From positions 72,106,001 to 72,170,000 of the forward strand of contig OX597833.1 in NCBI GenBank assembly GCA_951406725.2: a stretch of 64,000 bases of DNA. Direction: 5' to 3'. Below the pieces are notes generated by a model that saw only the letters and a program-made list of their open reading frames with translations, was not told the origin of the DNA and made no database searches. Source of the stretch: Octopus vulgaris. Lineage: Eukaryota. The position numbers and the translations under genes were made by a program. Below are positions 1 to 12,515 of this stretch, piece after piece (position 1 is the first letter of the stretch; each line of letters opens with the position of its first letter).

Positions 1-60
1 TCAATGCCCATTGTTCTCTTCCTTTATTTAACCCTTATAATATAAGAGTGAATCGCTGTT

Positions 61-133
61 GGCCCTGTGGCCTAATGGATAAGGCGTCGGCCTCCGGAGC
101 CGAAGATTGTGGGTTCAAGTCCCATCAGGGTCG
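61..133 (+). tRNA. tRNA-Arg-CCG: tRNA-Arg, anticodon CCG (94-96), intronless
   Basis: 73-nt cloverleaf: acceptor stem GGCCCTG/CAGGGTC, discriminator G, A box TGGCCTAATGG, anticodon arm TCGGC-CTCCGGA-GCCGA, T arm GTGGG-TTCAAGT-CCCAT. Confidence 0.95.
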
Positions 134-143
134 TTAGCCACTA

Positions 144-149
144 TTTTTT
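144..149 (+). terminator. Pol III terminator (T6) of the tRNA gene
   Basis: TTTTTT 10 nt downstream of the tRNA 3' end. Confidence 0.75.
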
Positions 150-1280
150 ATTCCGTTCCGTTTTTACTTGGAATTATTTGTCAACGACAATTCAATGTTG
201 TTTATCAGTTACGAGTTGTCTCCATCGTTGGGAATAAAATTAGTGGAAGCGAAAACCAAAATTGTTGTTAAACCCCCGGTCATTCCTGACTGATGATCAA
301 CGACATTTCATTCGTGACTATTGTCACTTTATTATCCCATCGCTATTTATAAGCTGGGTGAAGAAATTGAGAAATTTGGCTGCAACCTTTAATAGCTCAC
401 AAAGAGAAAATATGATGTTGATGGTGTTGTTTTAATTCCAGGCCACCTCTCATCGAGCAGGCCTATAATGAAAAGACATTACAACCATGACCATTCCTAC
501 GTTTTGTACATTCAAGACTAAACTATCAATTGCACATCTCTCTCACCCCCGCCTCTCCCTCATGGCGGAAAGGTGTAATCTGATAGGAAATTGACTGTTA
601 TTTCCAGTAAATCGATTGAACACATAACGACTTCCTTGGTGCACAGTGGAGAACAACTAATCGGTGTTTTAATGCACAGTTCAAAGTGCACGACCAGGTA
701 AGCCGACTTCAGTTCTTTTGTTTTCCAGTATGCTTCTTCTTTTTGCACGTATAATTCTTATTGGCCTTTCTCGTTGCTATTATTTAGTCCCAGCTAAAAG
801 CTACGGACATTTGTGTGCTGTCGTTATTATCATTACTCTTCGTTGCATAGTTAGAAATGATATCCAGTACTTGACTGGCACTTTATTTTATCGAATTCCG
901 GAAGATGAAGAGGAAAGTTGATCTCTCTAGAATCTGAACCCAGACTGTAAAGGGATGTAACTAAATACCGTTTGCATCTTGTCGGACGCTCTAAGAAGTG
1001 TCCAAATTCACAGCCATGTTGTTATTGTTTATCGCCAGACCGTCCTGGTGGAGCAGACCAATGATGAAAGGCTTTCCAAATCGAGGATCATCGTAGGTCG
1101 GTTCTTTTTTGGTTAGCTCACCCCCATTAAAAAATTGGGTTATCTCCCCCAACTAAAAAAATTGTTTAACCCTCAATAAAACAGAAGGAAACTGAAAAAT
1201 AAATAAACAAGAAAAGGGGAAAGATTATTGAATCTAACAGTTTAATAACAAATAGGAAGCGGAGTAGAACAAGGAGGAAG

Positions 1281-1436
1281 AGTAGTAGTGGTTGTGTGGC
1301 AAGAAGATTGCTTCCCAAACACATGGTTCCAGGTTCAGTCCCACTGCGTGGCACCATGGGCAAGTATCTTCCATTATGACCCCAGGCTGACCAAAGTCTT
1401 GTGAGTGGATTTGCTAAACGGGAAAAAAAACTGAAG
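1281..1436 (+). mobile_element. tRNA-derived SINE, family B, 5' fragment
   Basis: GGTTCAGTCCCACTGCGTGGCACC B-box head, homologous to the full copy at 52581-53019. Confidence 0.75.
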
Positions 1437-2101
1437 AGATTGAACATCTTATTGAATCTAATAACCTTTTTATAGCAAATCATACCCTGCGTATTGAGGA
1501 GGCCGAAAGTTAACAATGTGTCGAAGTATTGAATGAAGAGGATCTAATCCTTTTAATCCAATCTCTTGTCGCCACATAAACTCAACTTTTAGTGGGGAGA
1601 TAATCCAATTTTTTAATGGCAAATTTTTTAATGGGAGTGGGATAACCAAAAAGTAGTCATAGGTCTGCTGGACCACGACTGACCTGGAGTTAAAAGAATA
1701 GAAAAGAGAAAAACGAAAGAAAGAAAACAGAAGCACATAAAAAAAATCCGTCGTTGTCTCTCCTAAGTGGGTGTATATAATAAAGAGGAATGGAAGATCA
1801 ATTCAATACTTGTTGCAATATTTGCAACTTCTATATGGCCATTTATTATTATTCATATTTTTTACGTACCTAAATATTTCAAGAAATTCCTAAAGACTAG
1901 AGCCAGAAATTATTTAGTGTGTCAAAAGCGATAATTTTCGGATGATGTGTATATTTAAGCATTGTAAATTACAATTCTGTAAATTAAATTAAATTGAATT
2001 CTAAAATATAAAACGGAACGACGTTTAAACATCACCCGATTTGTGCCTCCGTCCAATTATGGTCACTTTTCAATTTTCTTTCAAAATTTTTTCCAGATTA
2101 A

Positions 2102-2114
2102 TGTGTGTGTGTGT

Positions 2115-2180
<66 letters not shown>
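2102..2180. repeat. (TG)n-(AG)n compound microsatellite
   Basis: Directly visible. Confidence 0.95.
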
Positions 2181-2184
<4 letters not shown>

Positions 2185-2204
2185 AAGAAAGAGCGTATGT
2201 ATAT

Positions 2205-2300
2205 TTCTTCAATTTTTTTTTAATTATCATAAATCTTCCACTAAGGAGGGAGCCAGTTTCCAACAAACATACAAGGTTCCATCTTCGGGATGTAGTTAAC
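2205..2300 (-). mobile_element. 3' UTR fragment of an R4/Dong-like LINE
   Basis: Similar to the 3' UTR at 10640-10730 and, inverted, to 49480-49560. Confidence 0.5.
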
Positions 2301-3389
2301 ACAGACAAAAGTACATATATGTATGCATGTATGTATTATACATATAAGTGAGTGTGTGTGTGTATGTATGTATGTATGCATGTATTATACATATAAGTGA
2401 GTGTGTGTGTGTCTGTATGTATGTATGCCTGTATTATACATATAAGTGAGTGTGTATGTATGCATGCATGCATGCATGCATGTATGTATGTATGTATGTA
2501 TGTATGTATGTATGTATGTATGTATATTAGGTCAGGTCACTTTCGAGTGCTACTGGTAACATGTAACCCAGTACAACCTGTTGCATGGTCGGGTCGTCGG
2601 CTACTAAACCGGCAACCCCACCAAGCTTCTTTGGTGAGGAGGGTGTTTATTGGACACCCTGCGGGATGAAAACCAAAACCCGTCAAAGGGCGGAGGAACT
2701 CATGAGAGTCAACGGCCATCCAATAAATGTCTTAAGGCTGTATCATGCGCGGGGACATAGAAGTAAACGGACTGAATACTCGATCGCGCGGTTAAACCAT
2801 TGGGAGTGAAGGACCCCTAGCCTTTGTTAGGGCATCCTTCTAGGAGAAACTGGGATAACTCCAACATAAAACCTGCGGCTCAGTGGTTACCGATGATGTT
2901 GACTTATTCTTCTTTTCGGATTATGGCTGCTGTTGCTTAGTGAGTGGGATTGACTCAGTGCACAGCCTTTCCTCACTTTAAAAAAATCTTCTTGCACAGG
3001 CATTGCATGATAACAGCATTGATTAAGCTTCGTGCAATGGCCATACTCGATAACAAGTGGGCAGCCACCATACCATGTATGTATGTATGTATGTATGTAT
3101 GTATGTATGTATGTATGTATGTATGTATGTATGTATGTATGTATGTATGTGTGTATATGTGCAAGTGACAAAGTCATTTTGTTCAAGTCAAAACAGCTCA
3201 CGAGGTTTGTGGTTACCTGAATTAGCTGATATATGCACGTGTATATTCGTATGTATATGCGTGCGTCACAATAGGACACAAGTGTGTATATTTCACTACT
3301 ATTTATGTATGTGTGTGCGCGTGTATGTGCATTACATATGTATGTATGATTGTGTGCATATATTCTCTAAGGAACCTCAAATAGGGAAT

Positions 3390-3660
3390 CCCTGAAATGA
3401 TTCCAAATTTTCACTGTTCCTTTAATCGATTATATCTGGAGAATGTGAATCGGTTTATTTTATTCTCTTTTGGGCAATTCAAGTATTTCTAGGTTTCCAT
3501 GCGGACCTGATGTTATGGAGCCCATTGCACCGATGGTAATAGAAACAAATGCAAATCTATATTCCTGGGTACAAGAGGTGTATGTTTCTAATCAGTTCTT
3601 CATAGATGTTCTCATTTCCTCTCAATTTGCGCAGCTGATCTCTACAATGGTACGCCTACA
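3390..3660 (-). mobile_element. degenerate R4/Dong-like LINE, endonuclease C-terminus
   Basis: Minus-strand remnants VEISC...YEELIRNIHLLYP resemble the 10821-11330 ORF; contains stops and frameshifts. Confidence 0.55.
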
Positions 3661-3788
3661 TGAGAGTTTCTTTCATGGTATCTACTACAGTATAGTTTGT
3701 TCTAACAGAACATCCACATTTTAAGTGGGAATAAATGTTCTCTCTCGGTATTAATACTGCGTCTGTCGTTAATATGTATATTAGGTAA

Positions 3789-4172
3789 GGCGGCGAGTTG
3801 GCAGAAACGTTAGCACGCCGGGCGAAATGCTTAGCAGTATTTCGTCTGCCGCTACGTTCTGAGTTCAAATTCCGCCGAGGTCGACTTTGCTTTTCAACCT
3901 TTCGGGGTCGATAAATTAAGTACCAGTTGCGCACTGGGGTCGATATAATCGACTTAATTCGTTTGTCTGTCCTTGTTTGTCCCGTCTGTGTTTAGTCCCT
4001 TGTGGGTAGTAAAGAAATAGGTATTTCGTCTGTCTTTATGTTCTGAATTCAACGACTTTGCCTTTCATCCTTTCGGGGTTGATAAATAAAGTACCAGTTG
4101 CGTACTAGGGTCGATCTAATCGACTGTCTCCCTCCCACAAAATTTCGGGCCTTGTGCCTAGAGTAGAAAAGA
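3789..4172 (+). mobile_element. SINE family A, full-length with internal duplication
   Basis: GGCGGCGAGTTGGCAGAA...GAGTTCAAATTCC A/B boxes; core TTTCGGGGTYGATAAATWAAGTACCAG present twice; flanks ATGTATATTAG/ATGTATATCAG look like a TSD. Confidence 0.85.
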
Positions 4173-4745
4173 TCATGTATATCAGATTTTTATTGAATCC
4201 TTGTCTTTACAGGAGTTTCAATATTCAAAGGAGACAACTCTTGTTTCTTATTCTCTCCGTGTCATATTGAGAGTGGTGTCCCCGTTTGATTTACTACTAG
4301 CATATGAAACTTTTTTAAATTGAGTTCCTCCGTAGACTAATTAAAATCTCATTAAAGTGGGTGCGGTGGGGGCCGAAGGAAAGCGGCAAATCACACAACA
4401 GTTCGTTGCATGTTATCCTCTGTGGATTTTAAAACCCATCAAAATTTTATTGATCTTATTTCTAAAACTGTTTTCCGATGTGTATAAAAAGATCCTCCAA
4501 GATTCAAAACCTGCCAAAAACGAATTTTTCTGGTAACAAAAAAAAAAAGAAAAGAAAAGAAAACGAAAAAAGTAATGGAAAGTATTTCAAGCTTTCAAAA
4601 TCAGTAACTAATAAGAATTTGAGGAGATATAAATATTGCTGTATTTAGGGATGGTCATTTTCCAATTTCTTTTGCCATATAAACCTACACATTATATGTT
4701 CGTTCTTCACTCGTTTTTACTCTTTTTATTTTAACTAATATCCAT

Positions 4746-4790
4746 TGTCTGGAAAATTTTTGTCACACATCTGTGACCTCTTCAGCGACA
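4746..4790 (-). ncRNA. degenerate minimal hammerhead ribozyme (Penelope-type)
   Basis: Minus strand TGTCG-CTGAAGA-G-GTCACA-GATG-TGTGAC-AAAAATTTTC-CAGACA; G12 has become A. Confidence 0.5.
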
Positions 4791-4974
4791 CTTTCCGTCC
4801 TACTGTGTGCTCCTGCTCTGTTTAGTCCATTCTGTGTTTCTACATTTTCAGATTTAAAAAAAAAAAAGCATCACCATCACAAAATACAACATTATCTGTT
4901 TCAACACACGGTTTCACATCAGAAATCTTGCAACACAAATTTATAAACGTAAATGTGTTTATTTGTGTATACAA

Positions 4975-5041
<67 letters not shown>

Positions 5042-5080
5042 TAGATAGATACATACATACATAATACATACATACATACA

Positions 5081-5134
<54 letters not shown>

Positions 5135-5168
5135 GATATATACATACATACATACATACATACATACA

Positions 5169-5252
<84 letters not shown>

Positions 5253-5283
5253 TGTATGTATGTATATATGTATGTATGTATCT

Positions 5284-5322
<39 letters not shown>

Positions 5323-5485
5323 CACATATATATAAATACATATATAAATACATATATATATATGTGTGTAGTTATATATGTATACATATATAAATACATA
5401 TATATATATGTATTTATATATATATATATATATGTATTTATATATATATATATGTATTTATATATGTATACATATATAAATACAT

Positions 5486-5533
<48 letters not shown>

Positions 5534-5562
5534 GTATTTATATATGTGTGTGTGTGTGTGTG
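4975..5562. repeat. compound (TA)n/(CATA)n/(TATG)n/(TC)n microsatellite block
   Basis: Directly visible; source of the YI/MYVC pseudo-ORFs. Confidence 0.95.
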
Positions 5563-5579
5563 CGTGTATTTATATATAC

Positions 5580-5892
5580 TCTTACTCTTTTACTTGTTTT
5601 AGTCATCTGACTGCGGCCATGCTGGAACACCGCCGTTTAATCGAGCATATCGACTCCAGGACTTATTCTTTGGAAGCCTAGTACTTATTGTAGCAGTCTT
5701 TTTGCCGAACCGCTAAGTTACCGGGACGTAAACACACTATTGGAGGGACAAACACAAATATATACACACACATACCAAATCGACTCACAAGGTTTTGGTC
5801 AGGCCGAGGCTTAGTAGAAGACATTTGCCCAAGGTGCCACGCAGTGGGAATGAACCCGGAACCAAGCTACTTACCACACACCCACTCCTGCG
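5580..5892 (-). mobile_element. SINE family B, internally deleted
   Basis: Reverse complement of 52581-53019. Confidence 0.8.
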
Positions 5893-7069
5893 CTATATAT
5901 ATATATCGCTTGAATTTGAAGCGCTTAAATATATTTGTGTTTATAATTACATTTTTGTCCTCAAAATACTGAAACAACATATATTTCAAAGACAAATTCC
6001 AAGCATTGAAATGCTGGTGAATTTATAAAGTCAGTAGAGCGTCAAGAAAAACGCATTGATGGAGTAATTAGTGATGGCCTTTTAGTTATGGCTGGTTTGC
6101 TCTCCAATCTAGGTTATTAGTGTGTTGATGTTTTTGGTATGTTGCTTGCGGCTGCATGTGGTCCCATGTTGTGTATTGTAGAAAGCTAGAATCGAACTTT
6201 GTAATTAAATTTTGACTAGAAAAGATTACTGTCGCTTGAGAGGCAGAAAAGTGTTGGTTATATTTGAAAATTTCCTTTTTTACTCTGGGCTGAATTTCAA
6301 CAAAGCAAAACTTGATGCTGTAATGGCCAGTTGCTTGTGGAATTAAAGGCCGCGTTTTTTGGCTTGCTTTTGGTAAGAGGTGAGAATATGTGTTCCCCGG
6401 TGGCTTTCTTAACTTCTGTGTTGATTCTGGCAAGCTTTTGCTTTATACTACGAAAAATTCAGGAACTTCTAGAAATCTGTAGAATGTTCCACTGTATATA
6501 GCAGGATATTTCTGCTAACCGACCAGTTGATAACCAGGTTACGCCGCCTGACCTGAATGTGGTTTTACACTAGTAACTGAAAATGCGAGGTTTCGATCCT
6601 AGGTTTCACCAAAGACCTTTATGTTCTGAATTAAAATCGCACTAAGACCGACTTTATCTTCATTCTCCCAGGATCTATAAAATAAAGTACAAGTCAGGTA
6701 CCGAGGACAATATACAAAGTGTCTCATACTGATGAAGCATTTTAAATATAACTAGGATTCTAATAATCACATATATTAAAAATAAATTACAGGTATCACA
6801 AATAAAATGTGTGTCGTTGTTATGGGACATCCTATTTATTCTTATAATGTATACGAAGTGTGAATGGAATTATAACAAAAGAAACAGCAAATTATTGATG
6901 AATGGGAATTTACGATCTTAGACTTTTTCAGTCACCGGGCAAATATTTAGTGTAGCTATATTACGACAAATTAAAATGAATTTCTGCAGTGTTACCACTG
7001 GCTCTCAGGTCTTTTAATGGTGACTAATTGAAGAATCACGAAGAAAATATTTCGAATGAACCATGTCCA

Positions 7070-8020
7070 TCATTTCAGTTAGAAATAGCAGAGGAAAATA
7101 TAAGGTTTTTCTACAGAAAATGGAAATCGTATTTCTAAACACGGATTCTTGACGCAATAAGGCGAGTAGAATCTATACAATAAAAAATATATAATCCAGG
7201 AAACAGAACAAAACTTTCCAATAATAATTTTATTGTTTATGATAACAATGTTTATCCAGAGAAGTTAAAATCAAAGATAAAAATGCCTCACTTGAACAGA
7301 TTTAAAATCATCTGAGAAATATATAGAGTAAATTACGAAGAAACCGAAACAGAAAAATGTTTCTGCAATTGAATTTCTTCATGTGAGGACGACGACGCCA
7401 TTCAAAAAGCAGACGACAGAATTTCCGTTGTTCTTCGGAATTCTTTTGAATTGATGTTCGGTCTTTACTAGCATAACTTTCCGTGAAACAAATTCTTGTC
7501 ATGTCTTATCTGATTTTAGTCTCAGTTCAAACAGTAAAAATAAACATCGGACGAAATATAGCAAAATATTTTATAAACAGTTACAGTGAGAAAGACCGGA
7601 CATAAATTTGTAATTCCGAATGACAACGGAAACTTTGTCGTCTGTCTTTTGAATGGCGTCTTCATCTCGACAAGAACAGTTTCGATCGTGAGTTTAGAAA
7701 TGCTTTCTTTTTTTTGGAACCTTTTCTTATAGTTTTCCCATAAAATATTTCTGAAATGGTTTAAAATCCATTCAGGCTTTAAATCCATTCAGCATGTGAG
7801 GCACATTCCTCTTGGTTATAACTTTCGTTATCGTTAACAATTCATATAAATGAAAAGATTTTCAAGTTTTCATTGAAGATGGACCGAAATATCGTTAATT
7901 TGTTTCATTGAATTCTTTTTGTTTGCGTTATCGAGTCGGGGATTCATGTTCAGTGAAACGGTTTCGATTTTACGTAGAAGAACCTTAATTTTCCCTCCTT
8001 TTCTATTTCTAATTGAAACA
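7070..8020. mobile_element. old foldback/MITE with long diverged inverted arms
   Basis: 7073-7165 is a diverged inverse of 7925-8018, and 7380-7445 of 7610-7675. A direct partial copy lies at about 9920-10265. Confidence 0.6.
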
Positions 8021-9486
8021 AGACGTCTCTCCTAATTCCATTCTTGTAGTAATGTAAACTACTCTCCTCGGATTTTTATTTTATTTTATTGAAGTGGGAA
8101 GAGTTAAAAGCCAAGTTGACCTCGGTGCGGTTTCAATTCAGAACGTGACCACCACTTAATGTGTTTCATTGATGCTCCACCGACTTTACTAATCAATCAC
8201 CATTTCAGCGAATTAGGAAAACGTTTGAAATTTATTTTTGTTTTCTAAAAACATACAATATTGTTCATTCTTTTCTTGGCCTGGTTTGTCGTTCGCTAAT
8301 TTGCTCGGTGAACCATTCCAATTTGTGTCCTGTGTGGAGAAAGCTTGTCTTAAACAATCTGATGATGAAAAGTGTTCCACCAAAACCACCCAGGTTCTGC
8401 TTGTTTTTTCTTTCATATTTTATTTCATACCCTGATCAAGATCTGTTGTGAAAAACATTCCAGCCACAGGCATCCAATCACTACCCATCCTGTCATGTCC
8501 TTCCTTTTTTAAGATGATAAAGTGTAACGTAAGACTGATTTGACGTCTGTTTCTAGTAGATCGGACGACCGTCTTACAGTCTCCGTAGTTTGTAACAAAA
8601 CTTGAAAATTGTCTCGCTTGTGGCAAATGGAATTACAAGATTTAATATTAATTCAGAATGATTTTGGTCTATTATTATTATTAAAGTAAATCGTTTATTT
8701 TATAGCCATTAAACCTTGCTGTTTTTAGTGAGTTCTTTTCCTGTTTTTTTTAAAAAATTTAATATCTTCGCCATTAATTATTCCAGGAATTCATTTATTA
8801 TTGATATGAATTCAATCAGTCCCAGCCACTCGTTTTCCATGTTCCTAAGTCTATATTAAAATTCATTTGGTTTCAAGCAGGAATCAACATAGAGAACCTA
8901 ATTTAAGAGCAGCATGAGCTGTGTTCAAACTATTCTAATTCTGCCTTCTTATCTTCTTCTCACACCAATGTCGATTTTGTCTTACTTTCCGCCAGTGAAT
9001 TGATATTTAAAATTAATATCAGTTCAGTCAATCTTCAAATACATATCCATAAAACGTCCACTTCTTGCTAATATCACATCATTCCACTTTGCTAATTCGT
9101 AAGAAAAACGGCGAATGAATTGTGTATGTTTTGCCTACCAAAGATTAAGAATTTTGAAAAAAATTCATTTTTTAAATGAATAAAAAGAATTAATCATTAA
9201 AAAATGGTCAGGATTGGGGGATTTTAATTACACTTTATAATAAATCCATATCGTTTGTAATAAATATTTTTTGCAATCATAAATACATTTTACTTGCATT
9301 TATAATTTTCTAAGGATGAAAAAGTTTTTTTCTTTTAATTTTTTCAATTGTGTTCTCTGTTTTGTCCACATGTGAATAAATTTATATTAGATATCTACAA
9401 ACAAACAAACAAAAGCAGCTAAATCTACCTCAGGTCACATAACGAGGAGACATTAGATCAATGGTTTCCAACCTTTTCACTATCCT

Positions 9487-9603
9487 TCTCTACTCTTGGC
9501 ACAAGGCCTGACATTTTGGGGATAGGGGCCAGTCGATTAGATCGACTCCAGTACGCAACTGGTACTTAATTTAACGACCCCTGGGAAGATGAAAGGCAAA
9601 GTC
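9487..9603 (-). mobile_element. SINE family A, 3' fragment
   Basis: Reverse complement of about 4055-4172. Confidence 0.75.
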
Positions 9604-9785
9604 CTGAGAGGAAATGAAAAGGTGGATGAGCAGAGTTTTGGAATAAGAAACTTTTATTACAGAAAAAATAAACGGAATGGTGGAAAAACTTTTTTTTTTC
9701 AGAAAATTAAACTTCTTTTAAAATATAATTGCTACGTTTAAATAAGCTTTAAACGTAGATCAGGTCGCAAAACGGAATAAATTAT

Positions 9786-9899
9786 TCTTTTCTACTCTAG
9801 GCACAAGGCCCGAAATTTTGGGGGAGGGGGTCAGTCGATTAGATCGACCCCAGTACGCAACTGGTACTTAATTTATCAACCCCGAAAGGATGAAAGGCA
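9786..9899 (-). mobile_element. SINE family A, 3' fragment
   Basis: Reverse complement of about 4055-4172. Confidence 0.8.
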
Positions 9900-10275
9900 G
9901 GATCAATGCTTAACAGCGAAAACAAAATAAGTCGGATAAAGTATGACGAGAAGTAGTACGGCGGGAAAGACCGGACATAGATTAAAAAGTAATTCCGAAT
10001 GACAACGGAAACCGTGTCGTCTGCCTTTTGAATGACGTCGTCGTTCTGACAAGAACACCTTCGGTCATGAGCTTAGGGATACTTTATTTTTTTGTATCAT
10101 TTATTATAATTTTACCTTAGAATATTTCCGTTCAGGCTTTAAATCCATTCAACATGTGAGATGATTTTCTCGTGGGTTTAACTTTCGTAGATAAACATTA
10201 TCATGAGCAATAATGTCGTTCAAAAGATTTTCAAATTTTATTTAATATGTACCAAAATATCGTTTATTGTCGATC

Positions 10276-10534
10276 TTTCGATACTAGTAACATAACTGCC
10301 ACTTATAAACCACGTGGGTTTATTTACATTTCTGAAGATATATATATATATGTACATACATACACTGCGCACTGTAACCTTTTGAATTAAAGGTACACTC
10401 ACGGGATAAATGTCAACCCAGTGACTCCTGCTCACGATGTCACGCAGTGTATGTATGTATATATATATATATCTTCAGAAATGTAAATAAACCCACGTGG
10501 TTTATAAGTGACAATTATGTTACTAGTATCGAAA
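10276..10534. repeat. inverted repeat with arms of about 93 bp (10276-10369 / 10443-10534)
   Basis: TTTCGATACTAGTAAC...TACACTGCG versus CGCAGTGT...TACTAGTATCGAAA, few mismatches. Confidence 0.9.
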
Positions 10535-10639
10535 TAACGCCAAGTGGGAAACTTCGCATTTTCTCTTTTTGTATTTCTGAGTGAAAGAACGGTGATGTTA
10601 AATATCATATACACATACATACATACATGCATATATGTA

Positions 10640-11610
10640 TGTATGTCATTATTCAGTTTATTTCAAAATTTCTTGCCGATAAAAAAAGAACCGGTTTCTA
10701 ACCTAGATCCAAGGTTCCTTCATTGGAATTTCAGCATGTTTGTATGTATGTGCAGATTTGTATGTTTTATCTATGTACTCTCATGCATATAGTTGCATAT
10801 CTAGACATGCTCATATATATTTAAATGATAAACTTCTGGAAAGTTTTACAGATTTTTACAGTTCCAGTGATGGATTGGATCAGTAGTCTTTGAATTAGCT
10901 TTCTCCTTTCTGGTTTTGAGAAGTCTAATTTCTCAATATTGGTATTTAGGCCGTGTATTACATATCCCAGGGCCCCAATAATTACAGGTATAAACCTGAA
11001 CTTGTAGTCTGAAAAGAGTAACTGCGGATTCCTCAATAGTTCAGCGTTGGTGTTCTCTTTTTCTCTGATCTTCAGTTTTATATTAACATCTGCTGGGCAG
11101 CTGATTTCTACAACTGTGCACATTCTCTCTTCTCTATCCCAAACCATTATATCAGGTCTGTTGTGCATACATTTTATTGGGGTTTTCACTGGAGCATTCG
11201 ACCAGTTCTCCTTTTTGTTATGTGTTGCTACAGCTTCTACCATATTGTGGGTTCTTATTTCTTTGTCCTTGGGATTATCCTTCTGATGGATTTCATTATA
11301 GAGTGTCCTAGCTACAACATCATGTCTCATCGGTAGATAATACTATGATCACATTTTCGGACAACTGCTTATGATGTGTGTGATATCTTCAGTGTGAACT
11401 CCTCAAAGTCTTCATTGGTTGTCACATTTTATGGCTTTTCCTGCATCTCTATTCCTTTTGTGCATCAGGTACTTGGTTGGATATTGGCCCATGATAAACT
11501 GCTTTGATGATCGATGTTACTATCATCACAGAGCTTTCTACTGACATATCCATGCATAGTCTTCTGCTCATCCTTTCATCTGATGATATGTTGCGGTAGA
11601 GTTGTGCAAC
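10640..11610 (-). mobile_element. 5'-truncated R4/Dong-like (restriction-like endonuclease) non-LTR retrotransposon
   Basis: ORF 10821-11330 has RHD and RPDIMVWD...VEISCP RLE motifs; a decayed CCHC knuckle (THIISSCPKM) lies upstream; the 3' UTR ends in (CATA)n. Confidence 0.85.
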
Positions 11611-12444
11611 TCTCTCTCTTTCACTTTTGTGAAGGCTCGGTAGGTAGGTAGTTGCAGGTCTGCTACTAGTTTCCTATCGAGCCTTCACATCTATTCTTAC
11701 TTTACAACTCCAATATACACTACCTTCCTCCCCTTTCTAAGGTCTATACCATGTTTTATACTATGTTCTTTATGCATAAATTTTATCAGTTAATGGTTTG
11801 CAGTCATATACTCAACATGCAGGAATTGAATACCTATTTTGTATATCTTAAACTACCTCTGACAAGATTTGATTTTCAAATAATTTTTGATTTTACTAAT
11901 TAATTTTCTGAAGGTCTAGAATTGAAACAGCTGTAAGAGATGTTTGTCAATTTTTTAATTAATAAATAATAAATTATTAATTATCTCTCTATTTTCTTAT
12001 CATATTGTAATAAATAAATATATATAAACCACGGTTTATATAGTTGCCTTACAGTTGAATATTAATTGTAATGTTCAACACTCTTTGTTTAGGTAACTAA
12101 CCTGTACTTTCATGGGATTTTGCTATCCCTTAATGTGGTTTGTAGCCTTTATTTGAACTTATATATATATATATATATATATATAATCTGAAGGTTCATA
12201 GCTTAGTGGTTAGGCTGTTGCACTCATGATTGCTAGATCGTGGGTTCAACTCCTTGATTGAGTGGCATGTTGTTTCTTGAAGAAAACACTTGAATTCATA
12301 TTGCTCCAATCCCCCTTTCAAGGGTGGGGTGGAAGAATGTTGTTCTGCTCACCTAGCCAGCAGAGTGGTGACATTTGAATGCTAAAACAATGCAAAATGC
12401 ATTGTGACCAGTGATGTGTAATATCTTCCCAAGAACACAGTGAA

Positions 12445-12515
12445 GAATGCATGCACCAGGTTCTGGAGCTGTCTTGAGGCCATAGTGGAAGCTGAGGGTG
12501 GTTACTTTGAGTAAA
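12445..12515 (+). mobile_element. Tc1/mariner (maT-like) transposase C-terminal fragment
   Basis: Translates to KNACTRFWSCLEAIVEAEGGYFE*. Confidence 0.6.

Noticed and set aside
6086-6433. 115-aa minus-strand ORF (also 8238-8435 on plus)
   Set aside because: No recognisable family or exon chain; at most a decayed retroelement.
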